This document shows positions 62,813-64,000 of a stretch of DNA of 64,000 nucleotides, piece after piece. A program made the position numbers and the translations under genes. Origin of the DNA: Candidatus Poribacteria bacterium (GTDB lineage: Bacteria; Poribacteria; WGA-4E; PCPOR2b); contig OZ242351.1 in assembly GCA_965208675.1 (NCBI GenBank), positions 3,200,001 through 3,264,000 on the forward strand. Reading direction: 5' to 3'. The notes beneath the pieces were generated by a model that searched no databases, had not been told where the DNA came from, and saw only the letters and a list, made by a program, of their open reading frames with translations. Within the stretch, counting starts at the first letter, position 1. Each line of letters starts with the position of its first letter.

Positions 62813-64000
62813 TTAATTCAAATCCGGCTTGAGCATCAAGGTGTGTACGGGCGGGCCCGGCAGGAACGCGTGAACTTCTCCTTTCACCCAGTGCTTATGC
62901 CCATCCCTGTAATTTCGCGACAGTGGGTGCCCCGACTGACCGCCGGGCATGTGTAATATGCCGTCTGCGTGCTGCCCCGGTGAGACGACGAATCGTTCAG
63001 ACGCACCAAAGTCCGGTTTCGTGACGCGGACGCAAAACGTCCCTCCCGGTTGTAAATCTTGCGCCATGTTCAAATATTTGCCCAATACCGGGATGCGCCG
63101 CCCCAATGGATGGGTGATATCCGCCGCGTTGATTCGGCCCCAAGTCAGTTCATCAAGCGCAATTATATGGTATTCACGATATAACTGTTGCAACACCTCT
63201 TCCAGCTTGACGCGTATCCACACCTCCCAATTTGGGTAGCTGGTATCCGGAATCAGCTCGGGCACCTGCGCTGTGAGCATCATCCGAAGCGGGGGTTCGA
63301 TGGTACGCCATGTAAAAACGAAGTTATCATCCACTTCTTTACAGCGTGCCAAGAACGGCGTAAAGACATCAGTCGCTAAGCGCTGGTGGAAGTGAACAAG
63401 TACACCGTAGCTGACGCTGTCCTCTTCTGCTTTACCGCTCCACGCTTCGATGTGTCGTCGCACGGCTTTCAGCTCTGGCTCATTCGCAATAGCCTCGATC
63501 GTCAGCACTGAAAGCGCTAGCTGTTGGTAAAAATCGTAGAAGCGGCTGGTCGTATCCAACTGGAGTTGGAGCATATCTCCTTCCGTAATCTGATCCATTT
63601 CACTTAGGCGTTCGTTGATTCGGTAGGCGCGGTAGCTGTTTGAGTAATTGTGACCGATTATATACGGGTAGTCTTTCCCTAGCGTCCGATTGTTCGCTGT
63701 TACCAAGAATCCCGCAGGCGGATCTATCACGCGCGGCAGCTCTTCCGGTGGAATGTAGCCTTCCCAACCGGTTTTTCCATCTGCCCAAGACTCGCTCGTA
63801 GCGCCGTCAAAACCCTTTCGAACGGGCGTCCTGCCGCAGTAGGTCCATGCAATCCGTCCGGTGTTGTCAGCTATGGCGGCATTAAGCGGCGGTCCCCCGG
63901 AACGATTCATGACGCGAATCGCGTCTTCAAGCGTGTCGGCTTCATCAATGTGTAACAAGCCGATGTCAACTGCTTGCGGCTCAAGTGCGGTCCAGTGTAT
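62813..64000 (-). CDS. Penicillin acylase family (Ntn-hydrolase), 5'-truncated by the window edge
   Basis: Frame open to the window end; ELPRVIDP..GFLVTANNR, GASERFVV, PGGQSGHPLS. Confidence 0.9.
   Translation of the reverse strand: MHWTALEPQAVDIGLLHIDEADTLEDAIRVMNRSGGPPLNAAIADNTGRIAWTYCGRTPVRKGFDGATSESWADGKTGWEGYIPPEELPRVIDPPAGFLVTANNRTLGKDYPYIIGHNYSNSYRAYRINERLSEMDQITEGDMLQLQLDTTSRFYDFYQQLALSVLTIEAIANEPELKAVRRHIEAWSGKAEEDSVSYGVLVHFHQRLATDVFTPFLARCKEVDDNFVFTWRTIEPPLRMMLTAQVPELIPDTSYPNWEVWIRVKLEEVLQQLYREYHIIALDELTWGRINAADITHPLGRRIPVLGKYLNMAQDLQPGGTFCVRVTKPDFGASERFVVSPGQHADGILHMPGGQSGHPLSRNYRDGHKHWVKGEVHAFLPGPPVHTLMLKPDLN

Noticed and set aside
59103-64000. Biosynthetic gene cluster (ADH, NHL, P450, acylase)
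   Set aside because: Mixed orientations and no scaffold synthase or precursor peptide visible within the window.

Overview
Bacterial chromosomal window that contains the replication origin. Gene content (PhyH dioxygenase expansion, WD40/LRR/TPR/NHL repeat proteins, sigma-WD40 fusion, many REP-like repeats) suggests Candidatus Poribacteria or a similar lineage; this is an inference. Left to right: (1) a ~11 kb anti-phage-like operon (SNF2 helicase-nuclease, unknown 286-aa ORF, DUF1156 adenine methylase, DUF499 ATPase) preceded by a textbook sigma-54 promoter with three enhancer-like palindromes; (2) GT4 glycosyltransferase, thiamine pyrophosphokinase, MFS transporter and a 2178-aa SprA/Sov-like T9SS translocon; (3) two ~89%-identical ECF sigma domains, each fused in frame to a different repeat cargo (WD40, LRR) through a junction holding a perfect internal Shine-Dalgarno plus ATG; (4) oxidoreductases, a beta/gamma-crystallin-lectin protein, and three PhyH dioxygenases interleaved with two paralogous small unknown proteins; (5) dnaA-oriC-dnaN-recF-dciA-gyrB-gyrA with divergent rpmH (missed by the ORF track); (6) AIR-synthase-like protein, ispH, a double GH127-like protein, ADH, NHL protein, P450 and a partial penicillin-acylase-family gene. 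No CRISPR array, rRNA, tRNA, integrase or transposase was recognised. Best candidates for an undescribed system: the sigma-cassette with nested cargo start, the PhyH plus small-partner array, and sigma-54 control of the defence operon. All calls come from reading motifs by eye; no searches were run.
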